Below the pieces are notes generated by a model. The model ran no database searches, had not been told where the DNA came from, and was given only the letters and a program-made list of their open reading frames with translations. A DNA stretch of 63,960 nucleotides, counting the filler, from Octopus bimaculoides (lineage: Eukaryota), in assembly GCF_001194135.2 (NCBI RefSeq). It is 5 parts of 4 records of this genome, joined end to end, with 100 filler letters (N's around TTAATTAATTAA, not from the genome) between each part and the next. Parts side by side here need not be neighbours in the genome. Positions count along the whole stretch, not along the records: positions 48,438 to 62,242 come from NC_068985.1; positions 62,343 to 63,960 come from NC_069001.1; 3 more parts are not named here. One strand, given 5' to 3'. Numbering within the stretch: the first letter of the stretch is position 1; every line of letters begins with the position of its first letter. The translations under genes were made by a program, and so were the position numbers. Below are positions 53,233 through 63,960 of this stretch, in pieces.

Positions 53233-53404
53233 TCTGTTGATGTTGAAATTCCAATGAAGGAGCCTTGGATCTAGGTTAGAATCCAACTCTTTATTAGCAA
53301 AAAATCTTGAAATATAGCGAAATAATGACATACATACATACGTACATACATACGTACATACATACATACATACATACATACATGCATACATACATACATA
53401 CATA

Positions 53405-53710
53405 AACGGAGCACTCCCAGCTGATACGATCAACGGAACAGCTTGCTCATGAAATTAACGTGCAAGTAACTGAGCAATCCACAGGCACATGTACTCCTAA
53501 CGTAGTTCTCAGGGAGACTCAGCATGACACAGAGTGTGACAAGGCTGGCCCTTTTCAATTACAGGTACTATTCATTTTTGCCAGCTGAGTGGACTGGAGC
53601 AACATGAAATAAAGTGTCTTGCTCGAGGACACAACGTGTCGCCAGGAATCGAACTCACGACCTTACAATCGTGAGCCAAACGCCATAACCACTAAGCCAC
53701 GCGCCTTCAC
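53405..53710 (-). mobile_element. SINE family D inserted in an (ACAT)n tract
   Basis: Homologous to 25949-26264; ACAT repeats on both flanks. Confidence 0.88.
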
Positions 53711-53749
53711 ACATACATACACACATACTTACATACATACATAGGCTAT

Positions 53750-54117
53750 GATGTACCTACAAACTTAGACCAAACTTTGGCGTTGAGAGCTATACTAACC
53801 CCAATATTGGACGTCGCTGCATTGTTCCAAAGGACCTAGCAATCCCGTCTAGAGTGAAGACATGTAATGCAATAGATTGGGATTTAAGGGTCCACAACTA
53901 TTTAATGCCTGTCCAAAACATCAGAGAGATCTTCATGGAGTATGTGTATATGTTTTGAAGAAACGATTTGATCTCCTGTTGTCCAAGGTTCCTGATTCTC
54001 AAAAGCGGGAAGCAGTATCAAACTCAGTTCCTCTCCAAAGGCTATTGAATAGGTGATTACACTGGTGGTGCTCCAGCATGACCACAGCCTTAGGGCTGAA
54101 GCGTATAAAAGAATAAA
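53750..54117 (+). mobile_element. CR1-group LINE 3' end (ORF2 C-terminus and 3' UTR)
   Basis: PNFGVESYTNPNIGRRCIVPK, GFKGPQLFNACPKH.RDLHGV and KKRFDLLLSKVPD, followed by ggtggtgctccagcatgacc..taaaagaataaaa. Confidence 0.7.
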
Positions 54118-55102
54118 ATATTAAAAGAAAAACCGAGAAATACTAGGTTTTTCGAAAGAGCAAAAGAAACNNNNNNNNNNNNNNNNNNNNNNNNNNNNNN
54201 NNNNNNNNNNNNNNNNNNNNNNNNNNNNNNNNNNNNNNNNNNNNNNNNNNNNNNNNNNNNNNNNNNNNNNNNNNNNNNNNNNNNNNNNNNNNNNNNNNNN
54301 NNNNNNNNNNNNNNNNNNNNNNNNNNNNNNNNNNNNNNNNNNNNNNNNNNNNNNNNNNNNNNNNNNNNNNNNNNNNNNNNNNNNNNNNNNNNNNNNNNNN
54401 NNNNNNNNNNNNNNNNNNNNNNNNNNNNNNNNNNNNNNNNNNNNNNNNNNNNNNNNNNNNNNNNNNNNNNNNNNNNNNNNNNNNNNNNNNNNNNNNNNNN
54501 NNNNNNNNNNNNNNNNNNNNNNNNNNNNNNNNNNNNNNNNNNNNNNNNNNNNNNNNNNNNNNNNNNNNNNNNNNNNNNNNNNNNNNNNNNNNNNNNNNNN
54601 NNNNNNNNNNNNNNNNNNNNNNNNNNNNNNNNNNNNNNNNNNNNNNNNNNNNNNNNNNNNNNNNNNNNNNNNNNNNNNNNNNNNNNNNNNNNNNNNNNNN
54701 NNNNNNNNNNNNNNNNNNNNNNNNNNNNNNNNNNNNNNNNNNNNNNNNNNNNNNNNNNNNNNNNNNNNNNNNNNNNNNNNNNNNNNNNNNNNNNNNNNNN
54801 NNNNNNNNNNNNNNNNNNNNNNNNNNNNNNNNNNNNNNNNNNNNNNNNNNNNNNNNNNNNNNNNNNNNNNNNNNNNNNNNNNNNNNNNNNNNNNNNNNNN
54901 NNNNNNNNNNNNNNNNNNNNNNNNNNNNNNNNNNNNNNNNNNNNNNNNNNNNNNNNNNNNNNNNNNNNNNNNNNNNNNNNNNNNNNNNNNNNNNNNNNNN
55001 NNNNNNNNNNNNNNNNNNNNNNNNNNNNNNNTTTTCGAATAATTGTTTTCGAACAATTATTTTCGAACAATGTTCACATAATCCTCTGAATTACTTCAAG
55101 GT

Positions 55103-55167
55103 GTCAAATATGTTGGTCAAATATGTTGGTCAAATATGTTGGTCAAATATGTTGGTCAAATATGTTG
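55103..55167. repeat. 13-bp minisatellite (GTCAAATATGTTG) x5
   Basis: Five perfect units read directly. Confidence 0.97.
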
Positions 55168-55210
55168 TCCCACGGGAGATATCGACCACACTATTTTCAG
55201 CTGTCCTAAT

Positions 55211-55640
55211 TCTTTTATTTTTTTTCCACGTTTCAGTCATTTGGCTGTGGCCATGCTGGAGCACCGCTTTAAAGGGTTTTAGTCGAAGAAATCGACCCCA
55301 GGACTTATATTTTTGTAAGCCTAGTACTTATTCTATCGGACCACTATCGAGATCTTTTGCCGAACCGCTATGTTACGGGATTGTAAACACACCAACATCG
55401 GTTGTCAAGCAGCGGCGGTGGCGGCGGTGATGGTGGGCAAACATAGACGCTAAAACACACACACACAGACATACATAATACATATATACAAATACACACA
55501 CACAATAGGTTTCTACACAGCTTCCGTCTACCAAATTCACACACATGACATTGGTCAACCCGTGACTATAGTGGAAAAACACTTGCCCAAAGTGCCACAC
55601 AATAACACTAATCTCGAAACCCCGCAATTGGAAAGCAAAC
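55211..55640 (-). mobile_element. SINE family B
   Basis: Reverse complement of the 45409-45805 family. Confidence 0.85.
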
Positions 55641-55644
55641 TAAT

Positions 55645-55982
55645 TTTGGCACAAGGGCAGAAATTTTGAGGGGAGGGACATGTCAGTGACATCATTCTCC
55701 GTACTTGACTGATACTTATTTTATCGACCCCACAAGATGAAAAGGCAAAACCAAGTAGTCATTAGTACTAATAATGCTGTTTATTATAGGCACAAGGCCT
55801 GAAATTTTTGAGGACGGGTAGGTCAACCCCAGTGTTCAACTGGTACTTATTTTATCTACCCCGAAAAGATTAAAGACAAAATGGACCTATGCGGAATTTG
55901 ATCTCTCGATCGTAAAGATGAATGAAATACCGCTGAGCGTTTTGCTCGGCGTGCTAACGATTTTGCCAACTCGCCGCCTTAG
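55645..55982 (-). mobile_element. Two tandem SINE family A copies (partial 55645-55745; 55780-55982)
   Basis: ggcacaagg..aaatttt tails; gctaacgattttgccaactcgcc head. Confidence 0.7.
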
Positions 55983-56013
55983 GAATAACAATGTTGACGA
56001 TGACGATGACGAC

Positions 56014-56052
<39 letters not shown>

Positions 56053-56885
56053 AGAGATCACCATGTCGCGTACATATTGGTGTGATGCATGTGCCTGGTG
56101 TGCCCTTATCAGACGAGTGGTCATGATGGGTATATTGGGCTTCGTATACTTGTACCCCAGTGTCACTTTTTGATGGCATGCATTGCTCTCTCACTCAATA
56201 AAAGAAGAAGAAGAAGAAGAAGAAGAAGAAGAAGAAGAAGAAGAAGAAGAAGAAGAAGAAGAAGAAGAANNNNNNNNNNNNNNNNNNNNNNNNNNNNNNN
56301 NNNNNNNNNNNNNNNNNNNNNNNNNNNNNNNNNNNNNNNNNNNNNNNNNNNNNNNNNNNNNNNNNNNNNNNNNNNNNNNNNNNNNNNNNNNNNNNNNNNN
56401 NNNNNNNNNNNNNNNNNNNNNNNNNNNNNNNNNNNNNNNNNNNNNNNNNNNNNNNNNNNNNNNNNNNNNNNNNNNNNNNNNNNNNNNNNNNNNNNNNNNN
56501 NNNNNNNNNNNNNNNNNNNNNNNNNNNNNNNNNNNNNNNNNNNNNNNNNNNNNNNNNNNNNNNNNNNNNNNNNNNNNNNNNNNNNNNNNNNNNNNNNNNN
56601 NNNNNNNNNNNNNNNNNNNNNNNNNNNNNNNNNNNNNNNNNNNNNNNNNNNNNNNNNNNNNNNNNNNNAGAGGTTCTCTTTCTCGTTGTATCTTGTTGAT
56701 TTGCTCGTCTTAGGCATAGTTAATAAGAACTATGTCGACCTACATCGAAATTGCTTTATTTGCTCAAGGAACATAAATTTTTTTTATACTTTTTAATTAT
56801 TTTCTTTTATCATTATTATTATTATTCAGTAGTTTTATTCTTATAACGTGCCTTCACTTCACTACCGAGCGCAGCTCTGTGTGCC

Positions 56886-56950
<65 letters not shown>

Positions 56951-57210
56951 GTTTTAAACAATTTAGTCAGAAAAGAGCCCACACCGTTTCCAGGTTCCCA
57001 CACACTCGGTAGATCGATACCATCTTGAAGTCAATTTCAATAGGTGAAGAAAAAAAAAATGAAAAGAAAGACATGGGTGGGGTGGGGGAACTGAGGAAGA
57101 TGAGGGTGTTGTTAGGATACTTCCAACAAAGTGAACTCTGCTAAAGGCAAACAAGGGCCAGGTAGTTAAGGGGAGGATACACCGGGCGACGTATTAAGGC
57201 TATGACTGTA

Positions 57211-57241
<31 letters not shown>

Positions 57242-58618
57242 TTACACACATAGACACACGCACATATATATACACTCACACACACACATACATGTATATA
57301 CATATATACGTATACATACACATACACACACTCACACACACATATATATATATATATATATACATACATGTATACATATGTATATATATATTTGTGTGTG
57401 TATGCATATATGTAAGTATCCATATAAATATATAAATGCACACACACACACACACACACACACANNNNNNNNNNNNNNNNNNNNNNNNNNNNNNNNNNNN
57501 NNNNNNNNNNNNNNNNNNNNNNNNNNNNNNNNNNNNNNNNNNNNNNNNNNNNNNNNNNNNNNNNNNNNNNNNNNNNNNNNNNNNNNNNNNNNNNNNNNNN
57601 NNNNNNNNNNNNNNNNNNNNNNNNNNNNNNNNNNNNNNNNNNNNNNNNNNNNNNNNNNNNNNNNNNNNNNNNNNNNNNNNNNNNNNNNNNNNNNNNNNNN
57701 NNNNNNNNNNNNNNNNNNNNNNNNNNNNNNNNNNNNNNNNNNNNNNNNNNNNNNNNNNNNNNNNNNNNNNNNNNNNNNNNNNNNNNNNNNNNNNNNNNNN
57801 NNNNNNNNNNNNNNNNNNNNNNNNNNNNNNNNNNNNNNNNNNNNNNNNNNNNNNNNNNNNNNNNNNNNNNNNNNNNNNNNNNNNNNNNNNNNNNNNNNNN
57901 NNNNNNNNNNNNNNNNNNNNNNNNNNNNNNNNNNNNNNNNNNNNNNNNNNNNNNNNNNNNNNNNNNNNNNNNNNNNNNNNNNNNNNNNNNNNNNNNNNNN
58001 NNNNNNNNNNNNNNNNNNNNNNNNNNNNNNNNNNNNNNNNNNNNNNNNNNNNNNNNNNNNNNNNNNNNNNNNNNNCATACATGTATATACATATATACGT
58101 ATACATACACATACACACACTCACACACACATATATATATATATATATATACATATATATATGTATGTATATATATATACATACATACGAACACAGGCAT
58201 ATATGTGTGTGAGTGTGTGTGTACATGCTTACATATGTATGTGCATTTATTTATTTAGTATTTATTTACGTATTTAATTTTACTTGTTGTTGCTTTTGTT
58301 ATGAATAAAATTCTATCGCCTCCAACAAAATCAATATTCAACGATCTAAAATTGCTTCTGGTATACAAGCTATTTTCTATGGCAGACGCTAAACATTAGT
58401 CTCTCTCTTCCCTCCTAACTATAAATGTTCATCGGCCATTTTGAAATATAATATAAATATGTCTGTCTGTTTTACAACTATAACTAACGCTCAAAATTGT
58501 GACGCTTCAAAATTGATTCTGTCATGTTAGAATCAATAGTAAATTTACGAAACAAAAGTTACAGATGGCCGTTTATTGCCTTCTACTAATATATAATTTA
58601 ATCCCAGCTAGGAACAGT

Positions 58619-59897
58619 GTTTTTATGAAATGTATTGGATGTATATGGCCGTGTTTAAGATTTCTCTATAAACAATTCGATGCAAACATTTATGAATTTT
58701 GAATCAAGAATGAATAAGACAGAAGAAATGTTAAAATATTACTTGTGTCTTGTCTCTCCGAGTATGATAACGTGTGTGTTTATATGCGTCCACACAAAGT
58801 CTGCATCAAGACTATTGTTTATTTAAATGTGTGTTTGTTCGTATTGAAAAGAAAATAAGAAAAGGAGGTGGGATGCTGAATATGTTAACATTTTATATTA
58901 ATTTTTATATTTTCAGTATTTCATAAGTTTTGTTTCTTAATATATTTTCTACTTTGTCGTTCATACTGAGAGATTAAACTTATCTCTTTCATATGCTCTA
59001 TTAACTCGAAATTTAAACTTTCTTTTGTATTGCCCGGATGCAGGGTATAGCTAAGTTCTGATACTTTAGAATAATCACGTGAAGGAAATGATAACAACAA
59101 AATGAGATTTCACCCATGAGATATTAAGGCTACAGTTTAAAGTTGTTGGCGATCACATATCTTGGAAGTTGTCTTCAATATTTATTTATTTAAAATGACA
59201 AAGAAAGTGGATTATTAGCATTGAAAGAGTGTTGGATTAATACCTAGTGATATTAAGTTTTATTCCCTTCCGCTCTGAGTTCAAATATTAACGACGAGGT
59301 CGATTTTTGCCTGTTATGCTTCCAGAATTGATAAATAAGAACATCTATCAAACACTGGGAACCAATAAAAATAAGAAAAATAAGAAACATCTAGCGCTTG
59401 CTAGATGTTTCTTATTTTTCCAATTTCAGAGACATGATAAGCAAAAATTTGGGACTATTTACCTCCAGTGCTTGATAGGTATTCTTTCAATTACGGAGGA
59501 ATGATAGGCAAAATGTGATCCGTATGAGATTGGAACTTAAATCGAAAAGGATCAAAACTAAATAGTCAATTATACCATCGTATCAAAGATAGAAATTTTC
59601 ACGAAACAAAGAAACAACTTCAGGTTATTCAATCTTCTAGAAGTTACAGCTAAAGATTCCTTATCTAACAACCTACCGGCTTCAGTACATTGGACAGCAT
59701 AGTTCCTGAGATACAAACCGAATGAATACCTACAATTGGAACATCTTTCATAATAGATCGGCTCAAGACACAACAAATACTTTAACATTTCTATTGTTTT
59801 ATTCATTCTTGGTTCAAAAGTCATAAATATTTGCATCGAATTGTTTAAAGAGAAATCTTAAACACGGTCATATACATCCAATACATTTCATAAAAAC
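58619..59897. repeat. 134-bp inverted repeat pair (58619-58752 and 59764-59897)
   Basis: 11 mismatches and no indels by manual alignment; spacer about 1 kb. Confidence 0.9.
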
Positions 59898-60349
59898 CAA
59901 GAATGACGTTAGGACAAACAATGACCATATAAATCAACACGTATATTGCCACCACACCAAAACCCTGATGATTCTTGTCCGCAATGTGGCTCTATGGTCA
60001 GATTCTCAGAGACTTCTATTTTACATCTGACATCTGTCACGCTGTCAACAAATTAGAAAAGCCGGAAACTCACAATTTCTGAGAACTACTTGTTTATATT
60101 TTAACCCTTATGATACCAACTCACAAGAGACTGCCACTAGTTCTATGATACAAACTTCCCGTTTTAAAGTGATTTAGATAAAAACCTCCTATCTGTTAAT
60201 TTATGTTAATTAATTATGTTAACTTATGGTCAAAACACCAGCTTAATAAATAACAATGTTGTTTTACTAAATACTTCATTATATTCAAAATTATTTGAAA
60301 TAGATAATGTATTTCAACAGATTTCTTTTTTATGCTGTGTTTAGCACTC

Positions 60350-60660
60350 AACATCAAATGGCAGTCCTATACAAAAAATTAGGTTCTTTGTAGTAATCTT
60401 CTACGAGTCACCTCCATTGTAAAAAAAAAGAAGACTGGATTGTGATTTTACGGACTCTGCTTTTGTAGCAAAGATGAAGTAGTTGCGTCAAATGCTGATA
60501 TGGGAACCCACGCACGGAAATCGACCTAGAGTATTTATGAACCAACTGGTTGAAGACTCTGGTCAACTGAAGAGCAATCTGTCAAGTGCAACGCAGGAGA
60601 GATTCTGGGGGCAAGACAGTGATCGTCTTCTGACCACACGATTTCAGCAAAAATACAGAA
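60350..60660 (+). mobile_element. RTE-clade LINE 3' fragment
   Basis: SKDEVV-RQMLIWEPTHGNRPRVFMNQLVEDSG...QERFW resembles the RTE C-terminal LLLWEPxHGxRxRGRP..YIDxLxxDTG motif. Confidence 0.7.
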
Positions 60661-61344
60661 AAAAGGAAAGGGTTAGCATACGGATATACACGTGTAGAAA
60701 GACGAAAGAAATGAAGATCTCAAATTAACAGAATTAATTATTGACCTACAACAAGCAATCAAATAATAGAGTCGTTTTAAAGGATAATCCTTTGTTTCGC
60801 AATATATACCCTTCTACCTATCTTCGACATAATTCCCCAACAGTTTGGTATAGACATGAAAATGGGAAAGTTCTGTTTCCTGTTCCTCCATTCTACCCAT
60901 GCAACCAACAGCACTAATTCTCTGTACACCGACGGGTGGTGAATTGGCAACTAGAAAACTGAATAATTTAAAGCTTGCCCTAATTATATCACATTATAGA
61001 GATGTCTATTTGCCTCTCTCTCTCTCCCTCTCTGTCTGACTATATGTACACACACACAATCACACACACACACACACACACACACNNNNNNNNNNNNNNN
61101 NNNNNNNNNNNNNNNNNNNNNNNNNNNNNNNNNNNNNNNNNNNNNNNNNNNNNNNNNNNNNNNNNNNNNNNNNNNNNNNNNNNNNNNNNNNNNNNNNNNN
61201 NNNNNNNNNNNNNNNNNNNNNNNNNCTGAAGTCGATTTCTTCGAGTAAACTATTCCAAATAGTGCTCCAACATGGCCGCAGTCCAATGAGTAAAACAAGT
61301 ACAAGATTAAAGATTCTTTACATAACAAGGTCTTCTGATCTAGA

Positions 61345-61505
61345 CAGGAAAGCAGTAAATTTGAGGGGAGGGGGAGCCAGTCGAATATATACTGACTCCA
61401 GTATTTCACTAGTACTTTATTTTATCAGCCCTGGTGGGATGAAAAGCTAAAGTTGACCTCGGCGGGAAGTGAACTCAGAACGTAGAGAGCCGGAACAAAT
61501 ATCGC
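61345..61505 (-). mobile_element. SINE family A, diverged
   Basis: agttgacctcggcgg..gaactcagaacgt. Confidence 0.65.
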
Positions 61506-62093
61506 AAATAAATACCTTGTGGTGATTACTTGCATCTTTTACCTTACGAATTTAAATATTAAAATACCAACAATAGAAAACAGCGCATCAATATATCGAT
61601 TATCTTTAGATCAGCAACCTGACGGAGGTCCTGGTTGTGTTGTTAACCCGAGAGACATATTAAATAAATAACACCTGAGAACCGATAAAATTCATCAACA
61701 AGCTTCCGCACGATCTCCGCCAATCTGATTTTATTCACAAGGCTTGAGGAAAACCGAAAATATGATCGAAGACGTTTGTCGAAAATATAGCGCAGTAGAA
61801 TCGAAACCGGGACTACGGATTGCTTAGCAAACTTCCTAACCACACGACCAGAAATACACCCATGACATCAGACGTATCAGCAGTGCGGGGCGGGTAAGAA
61901 GTGGGAGGGTTTCCCTTTCACTTTCTCATTCTTTAATTATACATTTTCCTCTGACCATTTTTATTGTTCTCATTCTTTCGGTGTATTCTATAATATGTGA
62001 TAAACATAATATTACACTCACACAAACACACAGACATACACACACGCACGCACACACATATCTGCTGTGTGGTGTAATGTAAAGTATACATAC

Positions 62094-62137
<44 letters not shown>

Positions 62138-62773
62138 ACACATACATGTATCCATACATATGCACACACACAGACATACACATACTCGCACAAACATACA
62201 TTTTGTATATACATACGTACATACGTTTATAAATGTTCATGTNNNNNNNNNNNNNNNNNNNNNNNNNNNNNNNNNNNNNNNNNNNNTTAATTAATTAANN
62301 NNNNNNNNNNNNNNNNNNNNNNNNNNNNNNNNNNNNNNNNNNAGCCAAAAAGCAAGAAGTTTTTAAACAATTATCAAAAACCTCTGCGAAATCTTAATAC
62401 TAGAGGTAAGGCATAGTACCTTTAATTAATTTTCACCTGATGATGAATGCTGGAAATAGAAGGGAGTGTACTGGGGAGATGGTGGTGGTGGTGGTGGTGG
62501 TGAATGTAAAGAATGGTAAGAGATATGTGTGTGTGTGTGTGTGTGTGTATAAAGACAACACTGGGAAACCAACATGGAAATGGTAAAAATTGGCAATCTG
62601 TTAATTAAAATTATTGGATAGATATAACATGGCGGCTGTGTAATAAATCTTACAGTGTCTCCCCTTACCTCTCCATCTACCTTTTTCACCCTTTACCTCT
62701 CTCTCCTATCTCTCTCTCTCTCTCTCTCTCCTGGCTACTTGTATATATGTGTTTGCATCTGTGTGGTGTATAT

Positions 62774-63000
62774 CTCTTTCTCTTTTCTCTTTTACTTGTT
62801 TCAGTCATTTGACTGCGGCCATGCTGGAGCACCACCTTTCGTCGAGCAAATCGACCCCCCAGGACTTATTCTTTGGAAGCCTAGTACTTATTCTATCGGG
62901 TCTCTTGGGCCGAACCGCTAAGTTACGAGAACGTAAACACCGCCATCGTTTGTCAAGCGATGTTGGCGGGACAAACACAGACACACAAACTTATACACAC

Positions 63001-63039
<39 letters not shown>

Positions 63040-63197
63040 GGCTTCTTTCAGTTTCCGTCTACCAAATCCACTCACAGGGCTTTGGTCGGCCCGAGGCTAT
63101 AGTAGAAGACACTTGCCCAAGGTACCACGCAGTGGGAATGAACCAGGAACCATGTGGTTGGTAAGCAAGCTACTTACCACACAGCCACTCCTACGCC
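62774..63197 (-). mobile_element. Full-length SINE family B
   Basis: High similarity to 45409-45805 in reverse orientation. Confidence 0.92.
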
Positions 63198-63960
63198 TAT
63201 ATATACAGAGATACAGATGTGTGACTGTTTATGTATTTAGAACTTTTACTGTTTTACTGATGTTGTGCATGAATGAACGACTTCTCACATCTGTGTTAGG
63301 TGTTGTAGGCATATGGAAGAGTTTCCTGTTAACTTCATTATTGTGACTTAATATCTGCTCCCCATGCACACATGCTGGGTAGGACAGTTTCACAGGAAGC
63401 CTGCGAGGTACAGGGCCGGTCTCAAACTCCAGTATAATCTTTTTCTTTTGTTGATCCGTCTTTGTTGAACTGCTAGGTTACAAGCATAAAGAGAAACTAC
63501 ATAGCACCAACACATCCAGACTTGTACACATATATTTTAAAACGTTGTTAGTGAGTGCGAAGTCTCGCCACTCATTCTCATCAAACTGCCAAGGCCTATG
63601 ACAAGCAAAGCTTTGAAGTCACTATCAAAATTATTTCAAATGTCTCACTCTACACCAGTCTTGAGTCTGATTTCAATTAATGTTCTCTATTTTAATACCC
63701 ATAAAATCCTCCTTTCAGCTGAACAAATATTCATATGAGAGACTTCTGTACAGTTTCCAGTTGCTAGATCCTTAGATATTTGTTCAACATGAGTAGAAGA
63801 TGCTAAGATACTTGCTCAAGATAATACTCGGTTGGATTAAGAAAGCCTAGAACCACCTAATTACAAACCAAATTTTTCATACAACCAGATTGATAAATAT
63901 GTATATATATATATACACATGTGTATGTATGTGTGTCTGTATAAATATAATGTGTGTATA

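Noticed and set aside
55103-55167. Regular repeats as a possible CRISPR array (also 14150-14202 and 15197-15307)
   Set aside because: Contiguous tandem units without unique spacers, in a eukaryotic context.
57290-58160. Near-identical ~80-bp sequence on both sides of a gap
   Set aside because: Typical overlap or haplotype artefact at a microsatellite-bounded gap.
59570-59836. 88-aa minus-strand ORF
   Set aside because: Overlaps one arm of the inverted repeat; only a faint LINE-like resemblance and no supportable product.
63540-63880. Coding-like stretch near the window end
   Set aside because: Stops in all frames and no recognisable motif; possibly LINE debris.

Overview
AT-rich, microsatellite- and SINE-dense animal genomic scaffold with many N gaps; the repeat families look like an octopod cephalopod (Octopus-like; inferred from recognition, not a search). 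The only host gene I can support is a + strand tolloid/BMP1-family astacin metalloprotease. Six exons at 29838-38061 splice in frame with GT-AG boundaries and encode the prodomain, furin site (RVRR|AATA), zinc motif [13 protein letters not shown], Met-turn SIMHY and most of CUB1. The signal-peptide exon is not evident upstream, and no later CUB/EGF exons are visible downstream. A segment 12 kb downstream of the last exon (49973-50189) looks like the missing first exon (hydrophobic leader ending DICTA plus a phase-1 GT), i.e. out of order. The rest is retroelement and DNA-transposon debris: tRNA-derived SINEs, CR1-, RTE- and R4/Dong-like LINE fragments, mariner/Tc1 fragments, a MITE, a Helitron-like element, and Penelope-like ends carrying minimal hammerhead ribozyme motifs. 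Almost all other ORFs in the track are artefacts of N runs or microsatellites. No prokaryotic features or CRISPR arrays.
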